Positions 8,267 to 15,537 of a stretch of 24,000 nucleotides of DNA are shown piece by piece. The position numbers and the translations under genes are program-made. The notes under the pieces were generated by a model. It was not told where the DNA came from and ran no database searches. It worked only from the letters and a program-made list of their open reading frames with translations. Each line of letters starts with the position of its first letter. Position 1 is the first letter of the stretch. Source of the DNA: Candidatus Heimdallarchaeota archaeon (GTDB lineage Archaea; Asgardarchaeota; Heimdallarchaeia; Heimdallarchaeales; Heimdallarchaeaceae); the NCBI GenBank assembly GCA_016840095.1, contig JAEOSZ010000111.1, positions 77,258-101,257 of the forward strand. Direction: 5' to 3'.

Positions 8267-8761
8267 ATGAAAAAAGCACTAATTCTTACTGGAACACCAG
8301 GGACAGGTAAAACTACAATCGCGGATCTATTGGTAGAAAAAGGTTACAGAGCAGTTAATATTGGAGAATTAGTAAAAGAGAAAAAGCTATTTGATTTTTT
8401 TGATGAAGAACGAGAAAGCTATGTAATAGATGATGATGAGCTAAATAATGCTCTTACTGATTTAATTGAAGAAAATACTTCATCCCATGATTTGATAATA
8501 GATGGTCATGTAGCGCGACTCCCTCCCCAGTTGGTATCAAAGTGTATCGTTTTTCGTTGTTCTATCCGTAACCTGAGACAGAGACTTGTGTTACGTGGTT
8601 ATACTGATTCAAAGATTGACGAGAACGTTGAAGCAGAAATAATGGAAGTTATTTACACCGACATGATGCAACTATATGGTAAAGATTTGGTTAGAGTTGT
8701 CTCCACAGATGCTTCCATAGAAGAAACATTTGTGGAAGTGTTATCAATTTTAACAGGTTAG
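8267..8761 (+). CDS. Fap7/AK6-type adenylate kinase-like NTPase (small-subunit ribosome biogenesis factor)
   Basis: 164 aa. Has the P-loop ILTGTPGTGKTT. Overall collinearity with remembered human AK6: N-terminal P-loop, INIGELVKEKKLFD, VIDDDELN, IIDGH, VFRCSIRNLRQRLVLRGY..KIDENVEAEI. Confidence 0.75.
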   Translation: MKKALILTGTPGTGKTTIADLLVEKGYRAVNIGELVKEKKLFDFFDEERESYVIDDDELNNALTDLIEENTSSHDLIIDGHVARLPPQLVSKCIVFRCSIRNLRQRLVLRGYTDSKIDENVEAEIMEVIYTDMMQLYGKDLVRVVSTDASIEETFVEVLSILTG

Positions 8762-8771
8762 TATTTAGGAT

Positions 8772-9122
8772 CTATCCAGTTATTCTGATGGATAGTACTC
8801 CTCTTTTATCTTTGATTACTGAAACTGCTTCATTTGGAGCAACTATCGTAAATCCTTTGTTTTTGGTTCCTTTACCAAAAAGCTTAGCCCATTTAAAGTC
8901 TTCTCCATTCTCGAATGAGAACATCTTGACACCAACAAAGTTTTTGTAATCAATTTTATTCATGGTTCTTTCAATAAGATTGAGCTCCTCAGTGTGAGAG
9001 AGCCCATCCTCTAGAATCAATATGCTATTCCTCATCACTTTAGATAAGATGTAACTGATTTTTTCTTCACTTGAAAGATCATCCGTTTCTGTATATGGAA
9101 TAAAATCTACTCTATACTTCAT
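8772..9122 (-). CDS. DUF2073-like small protein, the conserved archaeal partner of the upstream GTPase
   Basis: The ATG at 9122 is preceded by an SD-like AAGGTGA. A GTG at 9131 overlapping the GTPase stop (GTGA) is the alternative start. The assignment rests on my recollection that DUF2073 proteins follow this GTPase in archaea, and on size (about 116 aa). It has not been verified by search. Confidence 0.5.
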   Translation of the reverse strand: MKYRVDFIPYTETDDLSSEEKISYILSKVMRNSILILEDGLSHTEELNLIERTMNKIDYKNFVGVKMFSFENGEDFKWAKLFGKGTKNKGFTIVAPNEAVSVIKDKRGVLSIRITG

Positions 9123-9127
9123 CCTTT

Positions 9128-9742
9128 TCACCTTACCTTCTTAGCCATTTCGGCTATTTTATTATACAATTGCTCTATGCCATCACCCTGTAACGCAGAA
9201 ACAGGGATAACATGGTAGTCACAAAAAGCATTTTTGATTTCAACTATATCAGCATCAGGTAGATCAATCTTATTTGGAACTAAGATGAAAGGTTTCTTCT
9301 GATGTTCCAAGTTACCAATTATCGTAAAGTTTACCTGATCAAAAGGTGATTTTGCAGCATCTATCACAACGAGTGCTACATCCACATTTTCTAGAAACTT
9401 AATTGCCTCCACTATTCCTCTTGTTGCTTCTTTAGCTCTTTGCATCGCTTCTCCTGCAGAAAGTCCATGCTTCATGAATTCTTTTGGATTTACAGAGGAT
9501 GCTATACCAGGCATATCTATTAGCGTAAGATCTAGAGATGTTCCATTTGAAGAGAAGTTAACCTTCTCAAGCTTCTGAATTGTTCTAGTCTCGTGTGGAA
9601 TTTCACTGACAGTTCCAACTTCTTGCTCAGCCCAATCTATTCCAATTTTGTTTGCAAGAGTGGTTTTACCAGCATTTACTTCACCGTAGAACCCCAAATT
9701 TATTGATTTTGGCTTTGATTTCAGCCACAATCTCCATGACAA
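9128..9742 (-). CDS. Small GTP-binding protein (Era/EngB-like TRAFAC GTPase; resembles the haloarchaeal OapA type)
   Basis: G1 GEVNAGKTT, G3 DMPG, G4 NKID and G5 SAL appear in the correct order. There is no in-frame ATG near the N-terminus. The start is a TTG at 9742 or 9730. Confidence 0.8.
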   Translation of the reverse strand: MSWRLWLKSKPKSINLGFYGEVNAGKTTLANKIGIDWAEQEVGTVSEIPHETRTIQKLEKVNFSSNGTSLDLTLIDMPGIASSVNPKEFMKHGLSAGEAMQRAKEATRGIVEAIKFLENVDVALVVIDAAKSPFDQVNFTIIGNLEHQKKPFILVPNKIDLPDADIVEIKNAFCDYHVIPVSALQGDGIEQLYNKIAEMAKKVR

Positions 9743-9943
9743 TTATTTCACCTACACAAGCTTACTCACTTGTTAACTTAAAACGAAATATTATTGACAT
9801 CACACCCTCGTATTACGTTGTCAGTTTCTGTTACATTTCTTGGTTTTTTTTGCGAAATGGTCATCTAATAAGATTTATTAAGTCAAAAAGAAAGAAACTC
9901 GAAACAAGGATTACCTAATTAGGTTGTGGTTAAGATTTTCATA

Positions 9944-11011
9944 ATGGGTGCTAGTATCAAAGTATGGTTGAGATTTCTTTGGCAGAACAAATTCAACATC
10001 AGCTGGAAATATATCCCGCGAGCATTTGCAATAACGTTGGTTACAGCATTATTTACACCTCTTATAATCTATGAACACCTAAGATTTAATCGTAAAGTTA
10101 GAAGAACAGAGATTAAGGAACCCCCAGTATTTATTATGGGTCATTGGAGAACTGGAACAACTCACTTACAAAATCTCCTCCTCCTCGACGATAAATATGG
10201 ATACTTAGATCTAGTTGAAGCAACTTTTCCTCATCTAATGCTAGGAAGTTACAAGTTTATTGCAGCAGTAATGAAACCATTAATTCCTGCAACTCGTCCC
10301 ATGGATAACATGTCCATGACTGCAGCAACACCACAAGAACATGAGTTTGCCATAGTTGATCTATGTTTACTCTCCCCACAGTCAGGTTTGTTCTTTCCAG
10401 ATAATAGAGACAGTTATCTTAGGTTTGGTACTTTTGAAGAAGCTTCAGAAGAAGAAATTAATGAGTGGAAAGAAAACCTAATGTTCTATTTGAAAAAATT
10501 AACATATAAGGAAAAAGGCAAACCATTACTTCTAAAAAACCCTCTAGATACATATAGAATCAAGCTTCTCTTAGAGCTCTTTCCAGATGCTAAATTCATC
10601 AACATTTATAGAAACCCATACAAAGTCTTTTTCTCAACTGTTAAGCTCCATAAAACCAATACACACTTGTTTTGGCTACAAAAACCGGATTATGAACTTT
10701 ATGATTTCATTCTTGATTTATATGTTGAAATTTATGACAAGTTCTACAAAGATTTTGATTTGATTCCAAAAGAGCAGATTATTGAAATAAAATATGAGGA
10801 TCTTATTGCAAACCCACTAGATGAATTATCCAAAATATACAACTATCTTAACCTAGGTGATTTTGAGCAAGTGAAAAACAAAGTTGAGACTTATCTCTAT
10901 TCTTTGAATGACTATAAGGTTGGAAATTATGAAATATCAAAGAAAGATAAAGAGCTTATTTACTCAAGATGGAATGAAACCATTGACAGGTGGGGTTATG
11001 AAAAACCCTAA
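9944..11011 (+). CDS. Sulfotransferase family protein (bacterial Sulfotransfer_3-like) with an N-terminal membrane anchor
   Basis: PAPS 5'-phosphosulfate-binding loop GHWRTGTTHLQNLL. The later segment LLLKNPLDTYRIKLLLELFPDAKFINIYRNPYKV is the 3'-phosphate-binding region. The N-terminal hydrophobic helix is AFAITLVTALFTPLIIY. The track start is a GTG at 9926; the ATG at 9944 is preferred. Confidence 0.7.
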   Translation: MGASIKVWLRFLWQNKFNISWKYIPRAFAITLVTALFTPLIIYEHLRFNRKVRRTEIKEPPVFIMGHWRTGTTHLQNLLLLDDKYGYLDLVEATFPHLMLGSYKFIAAVMKPLIPATRPMDNMSMTAATPQEHEFAIVDLCLLSPQSGLFFPDNRDSYLRFGTFEEASEEEINEWKENLMFYLKKLTYKEKGKPLLLKNPLDTYRIKLLLELFPDAKFINIYRNPYKVFFSTVKLHKTNTHLFWLQKPDYELYDFILDLYVEIYDKFYKDFDLIPKEQIIEIKYEDLIANPLDELSKIYNYLNLGDFEQVKNKVETYLYSLNDYKVGNYEISKKDKELIYSRWNETIDRWGYEKP

Positions 11012-11029
11012 AAACTATCAGTAAACGTT

Positions 11030-12196
11030 TTACAAGCAAACCATATCTTTTGGGGTATTTGATAATCGAATTACACCATCTTTAGTAACAACACAATCAT
11101 CTTCTAAACGAATACCAAAATCTCCAGCAAAGTATAAACCAGGTTCTACAGTTATTACAGAGTTTTCAAGTAATTCTTTAGCAGGTCTTTCTGGATAAGC
11201 TCTATAAATACCCACTCCGATATCATGTGTCTCAATACCAATTGGGTGACCTGTTGAGTGAATATACAACTTCTCATGATCATATCCATATTCTTCAAAC
11301 TTATCTCGAACTGCCATTTCTACATCATGAGAAGAAACTCCTGCTCTAATTTTTGTGTATGCAGCTTCTTTTGCTTCATGTACAGCTTCATGTGCTCTAA
11401 GAACTTCTTCTTTTGGTTTGTTACCTATCCAATATGTGTGAGTAATGTCTGAATTAGACATCTCGTAGGCTACTCCATAATCAATTAAAAGCACTTGATT
11501 TTTCTCTATCTTCCCTGTTCCTGCTTTATGGTGAGGTATAGCTGCATTTGGTCCTGATGCTACAATGGGCTCAAAAGCTACTCCCCCTCTTTTGTTACAT
11601 TCAAATTCTATTATAGCTGCTAATTCTTTTTCAATCATACCAGGTTTGATTAAAGGTTCAATAACCTCTTCCATCAATTCTTCAGCTAGCTTAGCAGCAA
11701 TTTTGTGGTTCTCAATTTCCTTTTGTGTTTTAACAGCTCTTACATCAAAAATGATATCTTTAGCAGAAACATAATTTAGATTTTTGTTCATACTAGTTAA
11801 CGCATTAAAAGTTCCACTGGTTAATATATCAGAACTAAATTTTGAAAATACTTCACTAGCCTCAACGTAATTTAATGCAACTGTGGATTTATCTAAGAAA
11901 CCATTGAATAAATTCTGTACTAGCTCTGTTAATTCACTACCTTTTTTGTATGCTTTGACTTCGTAAATTTCTTCATCTACTAGCATTGCTTCCATCTGAG
12001 ATGTTATAACTGATGGTTTTCCTCTCTTAGGAATCAGAGTCAAAGTTGGTGATGCAAACCATTTTTCTAGTAAATATTTTTGGTGTATATCGTATGAATG
12101 GTGGCAAAATACTATCCATCCATCTACATTATGATTGTCTAAAACTGCTTGAATTCTATCAATTTTTTCACTCAAAATCCACACATTCCTTAACAA
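11030..12196 (-). CDS. M24-family Xaa-Pro aminopeptidase/dipeptidase
   Basis: The pita-bread metal ligands are in order: LIDYGVAYEMSNSDITHTY (D, D), HSTGHPIGIETHD (H), VEPGLY (E), IRLEDD (E). The start is uncertain: TTG at 12196, GTG at 12184 or TTG at 12175. All three overlap the cofC stop at 12168-12170. Confidence 0.85.
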   Translation of the reverse strand: MLRNVWILSEKIDRIQAVLDNHNVDGWIVFCHHSYDIHQKYLLEKWFASPTLTLIPKRGKPSVITSQMEAMLVDEEIYEVKAYKKGSELTELVQNLFNGFLDKSTVALNYVEASEVFSKFSSDILTSGTFNALTSMNKNLNYVSAKDIIFDVRAVKTQKEIENHKIAAKLAEELMEEVIEPLIKPGMIEKELAAIIEFECNKRGGVAFEPIVASGPNAAIPHHKAGTGKIEKNQVLLIDYGVAYEMSNSDITHTYWIGNKPKEEVLRAHEAVHEAKEAAYTKIRAGVSSHDVEMAVRDKFEEYGYDHEKLYIHSTGHPIGIETHDIGVGIYRAYPERPAKELLENSVITVEPGLYFAGDFGIRLEDDCVVTKDGVIRLSNTPKDMVCL

Positions 12197-12788
12197 TTTG
12201 TTTAATGTTATCCGGTAAATAATCGTTCTTTTCTAAATCTATTAAATCTTTAAATTTGTCTATATCACTGTATGCGTTTTTACTTTCTAAAATCTCAAAT
12301 GATAATTCAAGTTTCTCAAATACATCTCTAAATCTTAAAGCAGAGTTCTTACCAAAAACTAATGGGAAAGTGTCTCCTTTATTGAAAATCAAAATACTAG
12401 TTCCATTGTCCTTAGTAGGTCCAAGTAGTATTTTCCTCTCATTATAATTCTTATCAAGAATAAATTGTAAATCTTCGGATTTAATTAAAGGTAGATCTGC
12501 CATAACAACAGTAATTATATCTTCTTGAATCTCCTTGAAGGCTTCATTTAATGATTCATTTAATTCATCCCCCTTGTCATGAAGTATAGAGAAATATCCT
12601 GAAAAATCTAATTTTTTCTTTTTTGTAAGGATATACAAATTTGCATCATGTTCAAGTTTAGCAATTTCATCTATTAGATTCTGAGTCATATGATGAAGCA
12701 GTTTTTCAACCGATGAATCTTTTAAACTGGATCGTAATCTACTCTTATCGTTTATTGTTCCTCTGTATGGTATTATTATTGCTTTCAT
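12168..12788 (-). CDS. cofC: 2-phospho-L-lactate (or PEP) guanylyltransferase, F420 biosynthesis
   Basis: MKAIIIPYRGTINDKSRL matches the CofC N-terminus (M..iIPv....KSRL). LNESLNEAFKEIQEDIITVVMADLPLIKSEDLQFIL aligns with remembered M. jannaschii CofC LNNAIKQAFEEIEDEEVIIIPADIPLIKKEDIEEIL. Confidence 0.7.
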   Translation of the reverse strand: MKAIIIPYRGTINDKSRLRSSLKDSSVEKLLHHMTQNLIDEIAKLEHDANLYILTKKKKLDFSGYFSILHDKGDELNESLNEAFKEIQEDIITVVMADLPLIKSEDLQFILDKNYNERKILLGPTKDNGTSILIFNKGDTFPLVFGKNSALRFRDVFEKLELSFEILESKNAYSDIDKFKDLIDLEKNDYLPDNIKQIVKECVDFE

Positions 12789-13578
12789 CAGCTATTCTTC
12801 CAGTATAATCTGATACTAAATATTGCATAAATTCTGGGTTTTGCATTAGTGGTCTAGCAACAGAAGCTGCTTTTGCTCCTGCTTTTAGCATTGTATGAAT
12901 GTCATTTATTGTTCGAACTGAGTTATTTCCTATTATTGGGATATCCGTTAATTCTACAAATTTTCTAATTATTTTAATGTTAGCTCTTTTTTGACCTGGT
13001 AACATAGCATCAACATGAATGTAGGAAATAGAATAATCTTCCAAAATCTTTGTTAGACCAGAATAATCACCAATAATATGTCCTCGAATTTTTATTCCTA
13101 GGGGAAAAGAGGGTAATAGTTTTCTTATCGAATCAAGCAGAGTTTCAAGTTTTTCAGGTTTTAAAAGTAAATTATGCCCACCATTAATTTTTAGAATCTC
13201 TTCTTGTCTACAATGAGCATTAATTTCTACAATATCAACAAACTTTGTGACTTCATTTAGCCATACTTCAGAAAAATAATCTGCATTTATGAGTCGCACA
13301 TTGAAACTAACTAGTTGATGATTAGTCTGTTTCTCTAAATTTAGGTTTTCTAAACACCATGATTTAACTTGATCAACTTTGAATTGGAGGAGGAATTCAT
13401 CTCTACCTCTTTCTATCATTCTTGTTGTGGTTAGATGTGATTCACGGTCTATTGAAAATCCTCCTAGTGTTACCATTCCTGCTCCATAATTTAGAATCTT
13501 TTGGCAAAAAGCTCCATCTGAAATTCCTGCTATAGCTGATTGAACAATTGGTGGTATAAATCTAGGATTTGCACTCAA
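12745..13578 (-). CDS. DUS-like (NifR3/dihydrouridine-synthase-related) FMN-type TIM-barrel oxidoreductase lacking a C-terminal helical domain
   Basis: Collinear with Dus motifs: SAIAGISDGAFCQKILNYGAGMVTLGGFS (LAPMAGVTD..FR.....GAGL...EM), VEINAHCRQEEI (IDIN.GCP), LGIKIRG (KxR), IHVDAML (HGRT), IPIIGNNSVRTINDIHTMLKAGAKAASVARPLMQNP (IPVIANGDI.s.eDa......GaDgVMiGRgal.nP). It is only 277 aa. It starts at a TTG at 13578, 8 nt downstream of an SD-like AGGGGGT. Confidence 0.6.
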   Translation of the reverse strand: MSANPRFIPPIVQSAIAGISDGAFCQKILNYGAGMVTLGGFSIDRESHLTTTRMIERGRDEFLLQFKVDQVKSWCLENLNLEKQTNHQLVSFNVRLINADYFSEVWLNEVTKFVDIVEINAHCRQEEILKINGGHNLLLKPEKLETLLDSIRKLLPSFPLGIKIRGHIIGDYSGLTKILEDYSISYIHVDAMLPGQKRANIKIIRKFVELTDIPIIGNNSVRTINDIHTMLKAGAKAASVARPLMQNPEFMQYLVSDYTGRIADESNNNTIQRNNKR

Positions 13579-13584
13579 GATAGT

Positions 13585-14511
13585 TTACCCCCTATTTAGG
13601 ATAAATGATGCTAGATTTTTTGATATACCTTTTTCATTGAATAAGATATTCTGTGTTATTACTTCTAAGTTTGTTTCATTTTCTATATCTTTCCTGAAAT
13701 TTCCGTCCGATTCATGAATAATTATTGTGGAACAAACATCTTTGTAGAGCCTAGCAATACCTAAAGGAGATACCTCAAGTCCTTTTGCTTTCATCAGATT
13801 TTCTGTTGGTCCGCTTATTGGCTTATCCCCTATAATTGGACTGATAGCTATACATTTACTCTTATTCTTTTCGAGTGTTTCTCTTATTGCGGATACATCT
13901 AATATTGGTCCTATGCTGGTTATGGGATTACTTGGGCCTATAATTATTGTATCAGAGTTAACCAATTCTTCTTGTGCAGAACGAGAAAAAATAGCATTTT
14001 CCACATTTCTTACATAGATATTCTTTATTTCTGTTTCTCCTTTATGTTTAACCCAAAATTCCTGGAAGTGAATATCTTCATCGTTGTTTGTAACTATACG
14101 CGTTTCAATGTGGTTTTCTGAACTTGGATAGATTTTACTTCTTATTCCTAACTTGTTTATTAAAGAATTAATTATTGAAGACTGGTTCTTTCCGTTCTGC
14201 ATTTCAAATGTTCTGAAAATATGCAAACCTAAATCTTTGTCTCCTAATCTGAACCATGTATCTATTCCATATCTGTTTAGAGCATTTAATGTATTGAAGG
14301 ATTCATCCTTTACGCCCCAATATTTTTCAACATCTAGTAATTCACTGAAAAGATAGAGTATTGTGTCGATATCTGGTGAAACATATAATCCATAGATCCA
14401 GATATTATCAGCTGAATTTGCAATAATAGCTAGTTTATCATCATTAATAATTTCTCTGAATCCTTGTATTAGTTTAGGGGTTCCTGTTCCTCCAGATAGG
14501 AAAGTAATCAT
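13585..14511 (-). CDS. cofD: LPPG:FO 2-phospho-L-lactate transferase, F420 biosynthesis
   Basis: 308 aa. The N-terminus MITFLSGGTGTPKLIQGF matches the CofD signature (vLSGGTGtpKLl.Gl). Also has the later IIGPSNPITSIGPIL and ISPIIG motifs. Confidence 0.85.
   Translation of the reverse strand: MITFLSGGTGTPKLIQGFREIINDDKLAIIANSADNIWIYGLYVSPDIDTILYLFSELLDVEKYWGVKDESFNTLNALNRYGIDTWFRLGDKDLGLHIFRTFEMQNGKNQSSIINSLINKLGIRSKIYPSSENHIETRIVTNNDEDIHFQEFWVKHKGETEIKNIYVRNVENAIFSRSAQEELVNSDTIIIGPSNPITSIGPILDVSAIRETLEKNKSKCIAISPIIGDKPISGPTENLMKAKGLEVSPLGIARLYKDVCSTIIIHESDGNFRKDIENETNLEVITQNILFNEKGISKNLASFILNRG
13587..13593 (-). promoter_or_regulatory. Shine-Dalgarno-like element (AGGGGGT) preceding the TTG start of the DUS-like gene
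   Basis: The minus-strand sequence reads AATAGGGGGTAAACTATCTTG. The purine-rich element overlaps the cofD TAA stop and is spaced 8 nt from the TTG at 13578. This fits translational coupling. Confidence 0.35.
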
Positions 14512-14539
14512 TTTGAACCCTCAAATCTTGAAAAATACC

Positions 14540-15490
14540 TTATTTTTTAGCTGTCTTCTTTGCAGTTGTTGTCTTCTTTGCAGTTGTTGTCTTCTTTGCA
14601 GTTGTTGTCTTCTTTGCAGTTGTTGTCTTCTTTGCAGTTGTTGTCTTCTTTGCTGCTGTAGTTTTTGGTTTAGCTGTAGTTTTTGTTGCTGTTGTCTTCT
14701 TTGCAGTTGTTGTCTTCTTTGCTGCTGCTGTCTTTGGTTTAGCTGTAGTTTTTGTTGCTGTTTTAGCTTTAGTCTCTGGTTTTGTCTCCTCTTTTTGTTT
14801 TTCTGGAGTTTCCTTAGGTTTTACTGGTGCAGTTTTCTTTGGTAGTTTTTTCTTGGGAGTTCCTGTTTCCACCAATCGTAATCTAGAAGTTGATTTTATT
14901 ACAACTCTATAGTAGGAACCATTTTCTCCCATATCTGGGTTTCGAACGATTTTGATAACATCACCAGGTTTTGCTTGTATTGCTTTTACTGCAGCATCAG
15001 TTTCTAGTATCTTTGGTATTTGATGTTTCTGAATCTGATATCTTTCCAAGAATCCTTTTATGTCTCTAGTTCTGAGCTTAACATGCTGACGAACTAGTTG
15101 ATGCTCAAAGATATTAAACAATGGATTAGTGCTACTAATAATTTCAATTCCTAATTTTACAGATTCCTTTTTTGCATAATGTGTTAATGGGGATTCTGCA
15201 ATTAGTAAGGCTTCATCTAGTTCCTCTTCTTCTTGTAATTTACCTAGAAGTCTGATTAATTTCACACCAATTTGAGGATTTTTTGGGAATCGTGCAATAG
15301 CTGTTACTGTTTCTTTTTCCTCACTAAGCTTCTTAGCATATACATCTAGAAAATCATCGTCTTCTTTTGTATCACTAATCTTAAATCCTCTAAACTCAAG
15401 AATTTCCTTAACTCCATCCACAATCCTCTTTTCCTTGGCTTTTTGTTCCTTAGAAGACAAGTAAGTTACCTCGGCATCCTTAATAATCAA
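14540..15490 (-). CDS. rpoH: RNA polymerase subunit Rpb5/RpoH homologue with three parts: Rpb5-N-like domain (aa 1-125), RpoH/Rpb5-C core (aa 126-198), and a Lys/Thr/Ala/Pro tandem-repeat tail (aa 199-316)
   Basis: The core NIFEHQLVRQHVKLRTRDIKGFLERYQIQKHQIPKILETDAAVKAIQAKPGDVIKIVRNPDMGENGSYYRVV matches the RpoH/Rpb5-C consensus (HxLVPxH..l..eE...LL..Y.i...QLP.I...DPva...g.k.GdVvKI.R.S.taG....YR.V). See findings for the N-terminal similarity. The start is a TTG at 15490. There is no in-frame ATG in the first 180 codons, so the exact start is uncertain. Confidence 0.8.
   Translation of the reverse strand: MIIKDAEVTYLSSKEQKAKEKRIVDGVKEILEFRGFKISDTKEDDDFLDVYAKKLSEEKETVTAIARFPKNPQIGVKLIRLLGKLQEEEELDEALLIAESPLTHYAKKESVKLGIEIISSTNPLFNIFEHQLVRQHVKLRTRDIKGFLERYQIQKHQIPKILETDAAVKAIQAKPGDVIKIVRNPDMGENGSYYRVVIKSTSRLRLVETGTPKKKLPKKTAPVKPKETPEKQKEETKPETKAKTATKTTAKPKTAAAKKTTTAKKTTATKTTAKPKTTAAKKTTTAKKTTTAKKTTTAKKTTTAKKTTTAKKTAKK
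14549..14771. repeat. Coding tandem repeat: 18-bp unit GCAGTTGTTGTCTTCTTT in 5 perfect head-to-tail copies, nested in a 68-69-bp higher-order duplication
   Basis: Perfect copies lie at 14562-14579, 14580-14597, 14598-14615, 14616-14633 and 14634-14651, with a sixth at 14703-14720. Block 14634-14702 is repeated with a few changes at 14703-14770. On the minus strand this encodes (KKTTTA)n. Confidence 0.9.
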
Positions 15491-15537
15491 ATTAATTAAA
15501 ATCTTTTGACAAGTGAGAGGTTTTAATTAAGTCTATT

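Noticed and set aside
9652-9918. 88-aa plus-strand ORF spanning the GTPase N-terminus and the 9743-9925 intergenic region.
   Set aside because: Its first third is antisense to the GTPase P-loop region. The rest has no recognisable features and no SD or promoter context. It is most likely spurious. The intergenic part is more plausibly the divergent promoter region.
9743-9925. Possible replication origin, because OapA/B-like genes flank origins in haloarchaea.
   Set aside because: I could find no repeated ORB-like elements or inverted repeats in this or the other intergenic regions. There is no orc1/cdc6 gene in the window, and the region is only 183 bp.
14562-14720. Perfect short direct repeats that could be mistaken for a CRISPR array or minisatellite locus.
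   Set aside because: The units are only 18 bp and abut directly with no spacers. They lie entirely inside an open reading frame and keep that frame (6 codons per unit). No cas genes are nearby.
14513-14845. 110-aa plus-strand ORF encoding a striking Cys/Leu/Ser repeat (LLCSCCLLCSCC...), superficially like a Cys-rich repeat peptide or metallothionein.
   Set aside because: It is the antisense reading of the 18-bp tandem repeat that encodes the (KKTTTA)n tail of the Rpb5-like gene. Its periodicity is forced by the repeat. It also overlaps the cofD start region and has no independent start context. The minus-strand frame continues seamlessly from a well-supported RpoH core.
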